Shown here in pieces: positions 6,689-17,474 of a stretch of DNA of 33,210 bases. The stretch covers positions 1 through 33,210 of the forward strand of contig JBKJTM010000143.1 in assembly GCA_046590805.1 (NCBI GenBank), written 5' to 3'. The stretch is from Usitatibacter sp. (lineage in GTDB: Bacteria; Pseudomonadota; Gammaproteobacteria; Burkholderiales; Usitatibacteraceae). Position numbers and translations under genes: made by a program. The notes beneath the pieces were generated by a model. That model was not told where the DNA came from. It did no database searches and saw only the letters and a list, made by a program, of their open reading frames with translations. Every line of letters starts with the position of its first letter. The stretch's first letter is position 1.

Positions 6689-8731
6689 TCAACAATCGAT
6701 CTCGGTGCGCAGCAGCGCGGGGCCGGTAAGGTTGGCCCGCCAAACAAGCGTCGGGGCAGGGGTCTTGCGATCGAAGCGCCGCGAGACCCAGCCGCCGATC
6801 GGCGCGCTGCTGCCGTAGAGCACCTCCATCGCGCCATCGGCCTCCTGGGGCCAGCGCACCCGCAGCGTGCGGCCGCGGCGCGTGAGCGAGACGCCGCCGG
6901 CGATCGGTGCGACCTCGGTATCCTCGGCGCAATGCAGGAACACCTCGACCGCGTGAGTCCCGCGCATCTGCAGCTCGTCCTCGATCTTCAGGGTACGGCT
7001 GCGCTTGTCGAGGGCGATGCGGCGGCAATGGGTGACCGGGTCTTCGAGCGTCGCGTAGCCGTCGTGGGTACCTTCGACACAATCCTGGTCGGCGGTGCTC
7101 ATCCACGACATGCGCTCGGCCCTGGCCTTGCGCAGCCACATGAAGTTGCCGCCGGGCTGCGACTGGTCGAGGCCGTCGATGCGCACCGTGTTGTGGGCGG
7201 AGGTTCCGCGGAAGTACGCGCGCCACTCGGCCTCGGTGTGGTATGCGAACGTGCCCGGGTCCACGAGGAGCTCCACGCCGCCCACGGACAGCGTGAACGA
7301 CAGGGCGTCCGCGTGGCCGTGGGCCGCGATCTCGCGATAACCGAGGGGCCCCACGTCGGCCACGACGCGGATCTCCTCGGGCGTTTCGAAGTCGGCACCG
7401 AGGATGCAATACCCGCCCTCGGGAAACTCGGTGTGGATCGGCAAGGTGCCGGCCCTGCCCCGCAGCGTGCCGTAGCGGATGTCGGCCTCGGGGCCGATCA
7501 GCCAGCGCGTCTTGTCGTCCAGCGTGCCCGCCTTGGCGCGGAACTCCCCGCGGTGGAAGAGGATCGCGCCGGTGGCGAGCGAGGAGTGGTAGCGGCCGAA
7601 CGCGGCGCGGGGGTCGAGGCGCGCTACGTGCGCGTCGTCGGCATCGCCGAACATCGGCAGGTTGCCGCCGACGTCCATGATCGAGGCGAGGAACTCGAGC
7701 ATCTTCTCGAGCCGGTCGCGATAGGCGGGCGGGAAGTCCTCGCCGTTGGCGCGCCCCGCGAGCCAGGGGAAGAGCAGCAGGTCGAAGGTGAACTGCTGGT
7801 ACGACACCGCCTGCTCGCGGTTCACGCCGTCGGGCGCGTTCTGCAGCAACACCTCGCGTTCGAGGATCTCGCGGGCGGTCGCGCGCCAGTGGGCCGAGCG
7901 CGACCAGTGCGGCCAGGCCACGCCCGCGAGGTAGAGACCCATCGCCTCGCCGATGAGATGGTTGTTTGCCGACGAGTGCAGCGAGAAGTGCCCGGCGATG
8001 AACTCGGCGTGCTGGTAGACCGACTCGAGCCAGCGGGCGCGGAAGCGCGCGCCGTCCGCGCCCGAGAAGAGCGAGGAGTCCACCCCGCCCAACAACTGCC
8101 AGGCGAGGCCCCAGTTCGCGAGCCGCAGCCCCGCCTCCAGCGAGCTCGCCCACTGCGGCCCCATGCGGAAGGGGCACGCGTCCCACCAGCTCTCGAGGTG
8201 CGAGCGGATCGCGCGTGCGTACTTCTCGTCGCGGCTGAGGACGTGGGCCTGCGCGAGCGTCACCAGATGCAGGTGGCGGTTGGCTTCCCACAGGTATTTG
8301 CAGTCGCCCACCAGCGCCGCGTCGCGGTAATCGAGCTCCTTGCCGAAGGCGAGCGGCGCGTCGATGCCGGTCTTCGGATCGCGGTTCCAGCGCGGGGGAT
8401 TGCCGAGATCGACGTCCTCCAGCGCGAAGATATCGAATCGGCCCGCCAGGATGCGCTCGGCCGCCTCGACGTAGGGGCCGGGGGCGAGCTTGAGGTCGCG
8501 GTCGATCCAGGGCTTCGCGCGGCGGCCAAGGTCGGGCGTGGGCACCACGCAGCGCGCGAGGCCCCAGCGCTCGGCGCGCATCGCGGCGGCTTTCACCAGG
8601 CGATGGCCGATCTCCGCCGGCGTCATGCAGCGCAGGCGGTTCAGCTTCCAGGCGAGGCCTGAAACCGGGGTCCGACCCCGGTTTTCTAGGCGTACTGGCG
8701 GTGCCAGATCTCGAGGTTCAGGAGTGACCAT
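6689..8731 (-). CDS. Heparinase II/III-family (alginate-lyase-like) protein; start uncertain (ATG 8731 or 8626)
   Basis: KYLWEANRH, SSANNHLIGE, AAHGHADALS, LLVDPGTFAY, YFRGTSAHNTV. The track's first 77 aa are read from within asnB. Confidence 0.85.
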   Translation of the reverse strand: MVTPEPRDLAPPVRLENRGRTPVSGLAWKLNRLRCMTPAEIGHRLVKAAAMRAERWGLARCVVPTPDLGRRAKPWIDRDLKLAPGPYVEAAERILAGRFDIFALEDVDLGNPPRWNRDPKTGIDAPLAFGKELDYRDAALVGDCKYLWEANRHLHLVTLAQAHVLSRDEKYARAIRSHLESWWDACPFRMGPQWASSLEAGLRLANWGLAWQLLGGVDSSLFSGADGARFRARWLESVYQHAEFIAGHFSLHSSANNHLIGEAMGLYLAGVAWPHWSRSAHWRATAREILEREVLLQNAPDGVNREQAVSYQQFTFDLLLFPWLAGRANGEDFPPAYRDRLEKMLEFLASIMDVGGNLPMFGDADDAHVARLDPRAAFGRYHSSLATGAILFHRGEFRAKAGTLDDKTRWLIGPEADIRYGTLRGRAGTLPIHTEFPEGGYCILGADFETPEEIRVVADVGPLGYREIAAHGHADALSFTLSVGGVELLVDPGTFAYHTEAEWRAYFRGTSAHNTVRIDGLDQSQPGGNFMWLRKARAERMSWMSTADQDCVEGTHDGYATLEDPVTHCRRIALDKRSRTLKIEDELQMRGTHAVEVFLHCAEDTEVAPIAGGVSLTRRGRTLRVRWPQEADGAMEVLYGSSAPIGGWVSRRFDRKTPAPTLVWRANLTGPALLRTEIDC
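8661..8686. repeat. REP-like palindrome (best copy of the GGGGWCNGWCCCC family)
   Basis: AAACCGGGGTC-C-GACCCCGGTTT: perfect 11-bp arms (8662-8684) immediately after the asnB stop. Confidence 0.8.
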
Positions 8732-10518
8732 AGGAGCTTTTCGTGGTTCTGGCGCCCTTCGATGTGGTCGCCCAACAAGCGGTCGAGGACCTGCGAGTCG
8801 TAGTAGCCGCGCGTCTTCGAGTCCGCGCCCTGCAGGTGGTCGCGGAGGTAACCCTTCATCGGGCCCTGGAACCACTTGTTCACCGGCACGCGGAAGCCGA
8901 CCTTCGGACGGTTCAAGATCTGCTCGGGGATCAGGCTGCGGGCCGCTTCCCGCAGGATCCATTTGGTCTTCATCCCCTTGACCCGATAGTTGTCGGGCAG
9001 CGAGGACACATAGCCCGCGAGCTGGTGGTCGAGGAACGGCACGCGCGACTCGATCGAGGCCGCCATCGTCATGCGGTCGCCGCGCTCGAGCAGGTTGTCC
9101 GGCAGCCAGCTCGTCTGGTCCGCGTAAAGGATGCGGCGCAGGGTCGAGGAATCGGCGCCGACGTCGAATGGCGGCGCCGCATCGCGGGTATCGCCGCCGA
9201 CTCGCAGCACGGTGAGTTCGTCGCGCTCGCTGTTGTTGAGCGCCCCGAACCAGCGCGCGTAGCGTTCCGGCCAGTTCTCGATGTTGAGGTTGGTCACCGC
9301 GGTCTTGGCGCGCCGGAACCCGTACGGCAGAGACTGCGTGAGCGGCTGGATCAGCTTGTGGCGGATGTAGCCCGGCACCAATTGCTGGTAGCCGTGCGCG
9401 AAACGCTCGTACACGTGCTTGGGATACCCGCCCAGCACCTCGTCGCTGCCCTCGCCGGTGAGCACCATCTTCACGCTCTTCGAGGCCTCCTTCGAGAGCA
9501 TGTAGATCGGGATGTCCGAGGGCTCGGTCACCGGCGCATCGCGGTAGGAGACGAGCTTCGGCAGGTGCTGGATCAGGTCGTTGGAGTCAACCTGCAGCTC
9601 GTGATGGTCGGTGGAGAAGTGGCGGGCGACCACGCCCGCGTACTCGAGCTCGCTGTAGCCGCCTTCGGTGAAGCCGACCGAGAAGGTCTTCACCTTCGCG
9701 TTGTGGCGCGTCATCAGTGCCACGATGGTGGACGAATCGAGGCCGCCGGAAAGGTACGCGCCGAACGGCACGTCGCTCACCATCTGCAGCTTCACCGCCT
9801 CGTCGAGGCGCTCGAGGAATTCCGGCACCGCGTGGCCGTTGGGATTGCCGCGCGGCTCGGGCTCGCGATCCGGCGCGACCCAGTAGCGGCGCTCGGTGAG
9901 CTTGCCCTTCTCCCAGACGGCACTGGTCCCCGGCGCGAGCTTGCGGATGCCGCGGAATAGCGTGCGCGGGCCGGGCACGTAGCGGTAGGCGAGGTAATCC
10001 CAGACGGCTGAGAGGTTCACCTCCGGCTTTGCCTGCGGCAACTGCAGCAGCGCCTTGATCTCCGAGGCGAAGGTGAAGCCGTGCTCTTCCTGCGCGAGAA
10101 AGAGCCGCTGGCGGCGCCCGTCCCAGATCGCGAACGCGAACATGCCGCGCAGGTGCTCGACCACTTCCTGGCCCCAGTGCTCGTAGGCGCGCAGCAACAC
10201 CTCGGTGTCGGAGTCGCGCTCGAAGCGGTAGCCGCGCGCGATGAGCTCCTCGCGGATCTCGCGGAAGTTGTAGATCTCGCCATTGAAGGTGAGCGCGAGG
10301 CGCGCCTCGTCGTCGCACATCGGCTGCGGCGAGCCCACCGGATCGATGATCGCTAGGCGGCGGTGGCCGAGGTAGACGCGGCTGCCATCGGCCGCGGTGA
10401 ACTCGCGCGCGCCCTGGCCGTCGGGCCCGCGGTGTTCCATCGAATCCAGCATGCGCCCGAGGACCGCCGAGCTCATCGGGCTCTTCTCGTTGACCACGCC
10501 TCCTGCGATCCCGCACAT
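8686..10518 (-). CDS. asnB: Asparagine synthase (glutamine-hydrolysing)-family amidotransferase with an internal 12-aa deletion
   Basis: MCGI N-terminus, HRGPD, LGHRRLAIID, FNGEIYNF, LSGGLDSS, GEGSDE, DRMTMAASIESRVPFLD. Lacks RDRxGxKPL. Confidence 0.93.
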   Translation of the reverse strand: MCGIAGGVVNEKSPMSSAVLGRMLDSMEHRGPDGQGAREFTAADGSRVYLGHRRLAIIDPVGSPQPMCDDEARLALTFNGEIYNFREIREELIARGYRFERDSDTEVLLRAYEHWGQEVVEHLRGMFAFAIWDGRRQRLFLAQEEHGFTFASEIKALLQLPQAKPEVNLSAVWDYLAYRYVPGPRTLFRGIRKLAPGTSAVWEKGKLTERRYWVAPDREPEPRGNPNGHAVPEFLERLDEAVKLQMVSDVPFGAYLSGGLDSSTIVALMTRHNAKVKTFSVGFTEGGYSELEYAGVVARHFSTDHHELQVDSNDLIQHLPKLVSYRDAPVTEPSDIPIYMLSKEASKSVKMVLTGEGSDEVLGGYPKHVYERFAHGYQQLVPGYIRHKLIQPLTQSLPYGFRRAKTAVTNLNIENWPERYARWFGALNNSERDELTVLRVGGDTRDAAPPFDVGADSSTLRRILYADQTSWLPDNLLERGDRMTMAASIESRVPFLDHQLAGYVSSLPDNYRVKGMKTKWILREAARSLIPEQILNRPKVGFRVPVNKWFQGPMKGYLRDHLQGADSKTRGYYDSQVLDRLLGDHIEGRQNHEKLLWSLLNLEIWHRQYA

Positions 10519-10521
10519 GGC

Positions 10522-12813
10522 TTACTCCTTCCTTCCAGCCGCGTGGGCCGGCATGGGCGCAATCCGCTTCGCGAGCGACGGCGGCTTGCGTACCGCAGGG
10601 GCCCCCGCGCCCGCGACGACCCGCTCGCCCAGCACCTCGCGATAGCGGGCCGCGAATTCGCGAGCCACACGCTCGATCGAATAGGCCGCGCGCACCCGGC
10701 GGCGGCACGCCCGGCTCATCCAGCCGATCCGCTCGCGGTCGCCGGCCATGAGCGCCAGCGCTTCGGCGATCGCCTTGCCGCTGCGCACCGGCACCAGGTG
10801 GCCGTGGGTGCCGTGGGTGACCACGTCGGGAATCGCTCCCACCGGGGTCGCGATCACCGGCAGCCCCGCCGCCATCGCCTCGAGGAGCGCGTAGGGAAGT
10901 CCCTCCGCGTAGCTCGGCAGCAGCATCACGTCGGCTCCCGCCATCAGGTTCACCTTGTCGTCGCCGAACACCGGGCCGGCGAAAGTCACGCGCGGCGCGA
11001 TGCCGACCGCCACCGCGTAACGCCTCAGCCGCGCCTCCTCCGCACCCGCCCCAGCGAGCGTGAGGCGGGCATCCACGCCAAGCTCGAGCGCGAGGCGCAT
11101 GCCCTGCAGCGTCTCGTAGAGGCCCTTTTCGCGCGCGATGCGGCCGATGTAGATGAGCCGAAGGGGCTCGCGCATGCTGCTGACGACGGTGGGAAGGTGC
11201 GCGAACGGGCGGATGTCGATTCCGTTGGGGATCGCCACCACGTCCTGCTCGGGAACGAACTGGCGGTACGCCTCGAGCTCGCAGCTCGCAAGCACCACCA
11301 CCAGGTCGGGCAGCGTGAGCGTCCAGCGCAGGAACGCGGTGAGGACGCGCCTGCCCGCGAAGAACTGCTCCGGGAGCTCGCCGCCGTGCACCTGGTAGAT
11401 CACGCGGGCGCGCAACAGCTTGGCGACCGCCAGGTACGCGAGGTCGCGCCAGTACGCGCGCAGGTTGAGGGAGGTGTTGATGTGCACCAGCGCCACGCGG
11501 CGGAAGAGGATCGCAGCGACGAGCGCGAACGGGCTCGCGAGGAGGCGGACCAGCCGGCCGGCGGCGCCCTCGGATTTGCGGCCTTCGGCTCCGACCTGGA
11601 AGTGCCTCAGCTCGAAATCCTCGCCGAGGGCGGAATCCATCAACAGGTTCACGTGCGTGCTCACGCCGCTGATGGCGTCGCGATGGGGGCCGAGGACGAG
11701 TACTGCAGGGTGATTCACGGCGACTCCTGGAAAATGGGTCTGTCCCCGCACGCCCAGTGCGCTGTAGACCTGCTCGAGTCGCTCGACCATGGGTTCGATG
11801 GTGAAGCGCTCGGCGATGGTGGCGCGCGCGGCTGCGCCCAGCCGGGCGGCGAAGGCGGGGTCGTCGATCAGGCGGCGGATGGCGGCGGCGAGCGCCCGGG
11901 TGTCCCCCGCGGTGATGAGAAGGCCGTTCACGCCGTCCTGGATCACGTCGGGGATTCCGCCCACGGCGCTCGCGATCACGGGGCAGCCCGCGGCCATCGC
12001 TTCCAGCACCGCCATCGGCAGCCCCTCGGCATGGGAGGGCAGCACGAAGATGCCGGCGCGCGCGAGGAGCTCGTCGCGGCGCTCCGGACTAACCCACCCG
12101 AGCACGCGCACGCGGTCGGCGAGGCCGAGGCTCGCGATCGAGCGTTCGAGCTCGTCCAGGTCTCCGTCGCCGGCGCACTCGATGCGCAGCTTCGGGATCT
12201 CGCGGCGGAGCGTGAGCGCCGCCTGCAGCAGGTCATGGATGCCCTTGGATTCGGAGCAACGCCCGGCGAACACCACCAGGGACGGTTCCCGCTTCGCGCG
12301 CGCGGGCAACGGCAGGCGCACCGCGTTGGGGATCGGCACCACCCGCGGATTTCCTGTGACGCGCTTCATCCACGCCGCCCAGCGATCCGACACCACGACG
12401 ATGGTGGCGGCGCGGTCGAGGAAGAAGCGCACGGCGGCACGACGCACCGGCCCGCACTCCTCCTCGTAGAAGGTGGCGAAGCCGCCGCCGTGCAGGTGCA
12501 GGATCACCGGCCAGCGCGCGAGGAGCGCCACCGACATGAAGAAGCTCTTGCGCCAGAAGCTCGCGCGCGAGGCGGTGTGCACGTGCAGGACGGCGCGCGG
12601 GATGCGGCAGGCGAGCGCCAGGAACACGAACACGCCGTCAATCACCTTCAGGAATTTCTCGAGCCTGGTACCGTCGCGATGGGTGGCGACGTAGTCCACC
12701 GGCCAGCGCTCGAAGAGCCCCGCATCGCGGTAGCTCTCGACCACCGAGGCAATGCCCCCGCGGGTCCGGAAGGACGTGCCGAGCATCACCACGCGGGACG
12801 GGGCGCGCCCCAC
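10522..12813 (-). CDS. Tandem GT4-GT4 glycosyltransferase fusion
   Basis: Two full GT-B units, each with HxHGG/VHGG and an EGLP...LEAMAAGxPVI motif (PSHAEGLPMAVLEAMAAG; PSYAEGLPYALLEAMAAG). No stop between them. Confidence 0.88.
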   Translation of the reverse strand: MGRAPSRVVMLGTSFRTRGGIASVVESYRDAGLFERWPVDYVATHRDGTRLEKFLKVIDGVFVFLALACRIPRAVLHVHTASRASFWRKSFFMSVALLARWPVILHLHGGGFATFYEEECGPVRRAAVRFFLDRAATIVVVSDRWAAWMKRVTGNPRVVPIPNAVRLPLPARAKREPSLVVFAGRCSESKGIHDLLQAALTLRREIPKLRIECAGDGDLDELERSIASLGLADRVRVLGWVSPERRDELLARAGIFVLPSHAEGLPMAVLEAMAAGCPVIASAVGGIPDVIQDGVNGLLITAGDTRALAAAIRRLIDDPAFAARLGAAARATIAERFTIEPMVERLEQVYSALGVRGQTHFPGVAVNHPAVLVLGPHRDAISGVSTHVNLLMDSALGEDFELRHFQVGAEGRKSEGAAGRLVRLLASPFALVAAILFRRVALVHINTSLNLRAYWRDLAYLAVAKLLRARVIYQVHGGELPEQFFAGRRVLTAFLRWTLTLPDLVVVLASCELEAYRQFVPEQDVVAIPNGIDIRPFAHLPTVVSSMREPLRLIYIGRIAREKGLYETLQGMRLALELGVDARLTLAGAGAEEARLRRYAVAVGIAPRVTFAGPVFGDDKVNLMAGADVMLLPSYAEGLPYALLEAMAAGLPVIATPVGAIPDVVTHGTHGHLVPVRSGKAIAEALALMAGDRERIGWMSRACRRRVRAAYSIERVAREFAARYREVLGERVVAGAGAPAVRKPPSLAKRIAPMPAHAAGRKE
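11730..11747. repeat. REP-like unit in the GT4-GT4 linker
   Basis: GAAAATGGGTCTGTCCCC, compare GAAAATCCGGGACTGTCCCC at 23269. Confidence 0.6.
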
Positions 12814-14250
12814 TCAGGCCTCCGTCGCCGCGCCGAAGTAGCGGCGGATGTCGAGGTGCTGCTCCAGCATCCGCGCCTTGCCGCGCGGCGTGCGCGCGAT
12901 CGACTCCACCTGCACGACCTCGACCTCGCAGCCGCCCTGGGTCTTCCTCTCGACGGCGGCGCCGATCGCCTCGCGCTGGGCGGGCGTGAGCGGCGTCTCG
13001 GAGACCACCTTGAGCACCACGCGGCCGGGGCGCTCCTGCTGATACTGGATCGCCTCCACCAGCGCCAGCTCGGGGAAGTGCGCGACGCCGAGCGTGGTGA
13101 TCGACACCAGCCGCTGGTCGGCGCACACCACGAACTCCTGCAGGCGCCCGACGATGCGCTCGCACACCGGGAAGCCCGGCAGCAGCGGGTGCGGTTCCGC
13201 GGAGAGCATCGCCAGGTCGCCGGTGCGATAGCGCACGAACGGCATCACCGGGTTATCGAAGCCGGTGCCGACGATGAAGCCCAGCTTGCCGGGCTGCGTG
13301 ACCGGACGGTTGTCGGCGTCGAGCAGCTCGAAGTGCCCGTACTGCGGCCAGAAAAAATAGCGGTCGTCGTCGGGCATCGAGGCGGCCATCAGCACGCGCT
13401 CCGAATGTCCGTAGTGCGACAGGATCGGGCAGCCGAACACCTCGCGGAATTTCTCCAGCTGGTAGCCGTAGACGTTCTCCGAATACAGCATCACGCCGCG
13501 CACGTTGCGAGTGAACTCGGGCAGCGGGTTCGACGCCAGCCAGCGCGCGAGCGGATAGAGCGCCGACGGGAACGCCTCGATGTAGCCCGGCCGGTGCCGC
13601 GCCAGCGCCTCGGCATACGCCGGCATGAAGCGGCGCTCGAGGTGATCCGAAGACAGGATCAGCTGGCGCTTGATCGGCTCGAGCATCCAGATGCTGCCGC
13701 CGTCGGCGGCCGAGGGAACGGTGCGCCCGCGCAGTGCCAGCATCAGGTCCCCGGCCGTGATCCCGAGACGGCGGCGGAAATCCTGGGTATAGGCGAACTC
13801 CTTCGGGCGCGAGACGTGCTTCTGAAGGTAGAAGCGCATCGGGTTGCGGGTCGACCCTCCGGTGAACATCTCCATGCGCGCCGAGGCCGGCATCCGCGTC
13901 GACAGGTAGCGTTCTGGATGGCGCTTGATGTCCAGCTTGTCGGTCACCGGCAGCTCGGCGAGCAGCGCCCGGGCATCGCGGCGGGCGAGCCCCTTGAAGC
14001 GCTCGAAGGCCGGCACCGTATCCAGCGCCCAGCGCAGGCTCGCCCCGAGCTTGCGCTCCACGGCTTGCTCCATGACGGCTGCACCGCAGGCGCCTGCCTC
14101 GTCCCGGTAGCGCCCGTACGCGCTTCCCAGGCGCACGCGCGCGGGCAGCAGCGAGTAGGCACGGCCCGCCGACGCCCTCAGCCACGAAGGCGACTCCAGG
14201 TACTTGCCGAGAAGAGGGTGCAGCAGGTCCTCGATCGCCATGGCCTCCAT
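12814..14250 (-). CDS. Phenylacetate-CoA ligase family / CapK-like adenylate-forming protein
   Basis: FTGGSTRNP P-loop-like segment, YGHSE, MPFVRYRTGD, RIVGRLQE, C-terminal RTPRGKAR. Confidence 0.85.
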   Translation of the reverse strand: MEAMAIEDLLHPLLGKYLESPSWLRASAGRAYSLLPARVRLGSAYGRYRDEAGACGAAVMEQAVERKLGASLRWALDTVPAFERFKGLARRDARALLAELPVTDKLDIKRHPERYLSTRMPASARMEMFTGGSTRNPMRFYLQKHVSRPKEFAYTQDFRRRLGITAGDLMLALRGRTVPSAADGGSIWMLEPIKRQLILSSDHLERRFMPAYAEALARHRPGYIEAFPSALYPLARWLASNPLPEFTRNVRGVMLYSENVYGYQLEKFREVFGCPILSHYGHSERVLMAASMPDDDRYFFWPQYGHFELLDADNRPVTQPGKLGFIVGTGFDNPVMPFVRYRTGDLAMLSAEPHPLLPGFPVCERIVGRLQEFVVCADQRLVSITTLGVAHFPELALVEAIQYQQERPGRVVLKVVSETPLTPAQREAIGAAVERKTQGGCEVEVVQVESIARTPRGKARMLEQHLDIRRYFGAATEA

Positions 14251-14254
14251 CGCG

Positions 14255-15852
14255 CTAAAACCGCGACGCGCGGGTGAAGGCGTCGGTGACGCTGAGATCC
14301 CCGGCGCGATTGATGGTGTGGATGCCGAGCACCTCGCCCGATCGCGCCTGCCCCGGGGTGCCGAAACCCGGGGGGACGATGCGCGCCTCTTCCTCCTCCA
14401 GGTACTCGTCGGCGGTGAGGCGCGTCACGCGATTGATCGCGATGCCAGCGCCGTAATGGGGCGCGCAGATCTGGCCCGGTCGGTAGAGGCTCTCGCCCTG
14501 GCGGTAGAGGCGACCCGCGGGGCGGCTGCTGCGAACGTCGGACTTGACCGGGTTGCGGCGATGCGGCGTCCAGTCGCCCAGCAGCTTGTCGGAGCTGAAG
14601 AGGTGCAGCTCGTCGTTGATCTCCTCGCCGGGCCGGGCGGCGTTGGCGAACATCCACCATTGGTCGCCCTCGCGGTGCAGCGTCGCGTCGGCGCAGAAGA
14701 TGTCCTTCAACAGCACGCGCTCGAGCCGCCACTCGCCGGGGAAATCCACGCAGCGGTAGATCTCGACGGTGTTGTTGTGGGCGGTCTCCGGGATCATGTA
14801 GAGCTGCCCGTCCTCTTCCACCAGGAACGGGTAGGAGAGGTGGTAGTCGCGCTCCAGGACCTTCACCGGCGTCGAGGCGTTGCCCTCGCGGTCGACCTCG
14901 ACCACGCAGATGTGCGCCTTGGGCGCGCCGAGCGGCAGCTCCTCGAAGAAGATGTAGTTGCGGCCGTTCACCTGGATCGGGAACGGGTCGGCCCAGTACC
15001 AGCCCTTGGGCGGGTCCAGCCGATGGAAGCCCTCGAGCGAGCCGTTCCAGCCCTGCTCTTCCGAGAAGCGATAGGCGATCGACCACTGCTCCACGGTGAA
15101 CGCGCGTTCCGCGGCGCGCTGCGCCACGCGCACGCCCATGGTGCCGATGTCGCGCACCAGGCCGGCCGCGGAAGGGAAGCGCGCGGCCGGCGCGGCACCC
15201 GCGGGCCCGGTCCCCTGCTCCAGCCATTCCATGCCACCGGCATGTAGGTCGCGCAGCGCGCGCACCAGGAAGTCGGATGTCTTGGCGAACAGCGCGTCGC
15301 GGCTCCTCGCCATGGAAAACGGGAACGTGCGCGCCCACGAGGGGCATGCGATGCGGTCGGGCTTTCCCGCCCCGCGATGGACGCGGATGCCCGAAGCCAT
15401 CACCGGATTGGCCTGCAGCACCTCGCGCACCGCCGCGAGCGGCTCGGAGGTGTCGTGGCCCTCGCCGAAGCAGAAACGCCACGTGCCGAAGCGCGCGAGG
15501 CCCTCGAGCTCCGCGTCGTCCACCTCGCCCAGGACGAAGGCCACGTCGAGGCGCGCGTCCCGGATGCGCGCGCGCCAGGCGCCGTCCGGGTCGCGCACGA
15601 TACGCCGCTCGGTGGGCACGTGGATGTTCACGTCCTTGCTGCCCGACCAGTCGCGGCTGCTGCCGAAGAGCGCGCGGTCGGCATGGCAGTAGGCGCGCCA
15701 CAACATCGGCGAGCCGTAGCGGCCGGGCCCGGTGGGGACCACGACCGCGGAGACTTCGGCGAAGCTCGAGCCCGCCGCGCGCGCGAGGGCTTCCACCATC
15801 CAGCGCGGCTGGAAGGCGGAGTCGGCGAACACGCCGACGCGCAGCTTGCGCT

Positions 15853-15865
<13 letters not shown>
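14255..15865 (-). CDS. EPS-cluster protein with a C-terminal beta-propeller (GINT1 N-terminal/GH43-like) domain
   Basis: TTG start at 15865 with AAGGGG upstream, overlapping the previous stop. Motifs WADPF, HLSYPFL, YMIPET, RPAG, RPGQIC, GIHTIN. The track's first ~290 aa are an alternative frame of the upstream gene. Confidence 0.7.
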
Positions 15866-17214
<1,349 letters not shown>

Positions 17215-17410
17215 GTGGAGTTCTCCAGGGGGCGACAGGTACGGGATGAGGACGATTCTCTCGGCGCAGTTTTGAAAACACGCCCGACCCCCCCCATGCC
17301 GAAGGAACTACCCGTGACGAGCTTTTGCGACAGACAACGCCTGACGCGCACCGGAAATAGTTTCCGATGGCGGTGGAGCATGGAGCGCTCCCGCATCCGC
17401 TGACAGTACG

Positions 17411-17439
17411 TTGCCGGCTTGGCCTTCCCCGGCCACAAT
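17411..17439 (+). promoter_or_regulatory. Putative sigma70 promoter for the plus-strand islet
   Basis: TTGCCG-17 bp-CACAAT upstream of the SnoaL-like gene. Confidence 0.5.
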
Positions 17440-17474
17440 GGCGTCCATGACGCCGAACCGGGGCCGGGCCGAGA

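Noticed and set aside
10363-14277. 1304-aa plus-strand ORF and other long antisense ORFs (2952..4484, 5190..6614, 6629..8662, 24671..26674, 26641..28893)
   Set aside because: They mirror well-supported minus-strand genes and have no recognisable motifs; stop-free antisense frames are expected with strong GC3 bias.
14351-14373. CCCCGGG-N9-CCCGGGG hairpin, and CCGGGACCCCCGG at 30541-30553
   Set aside because: G/C-only stems likely by chance at this GC content, and they lack the WCNGW core of the junction repeat family.
17366-17410. Possible fluoride riboswitch upstream of the crcB-containing islet (GGAGCATGGAGCGCTCC...GCTGAC)
   Set aside because: It has a GGAGC/GCTCC stem but lacks the GCU(A/G)AUGA...CUAC 3' core and pseudoknot complement, and lies upstream of the predicted promoter. 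An Rfam crcB covariance search would be decisive.
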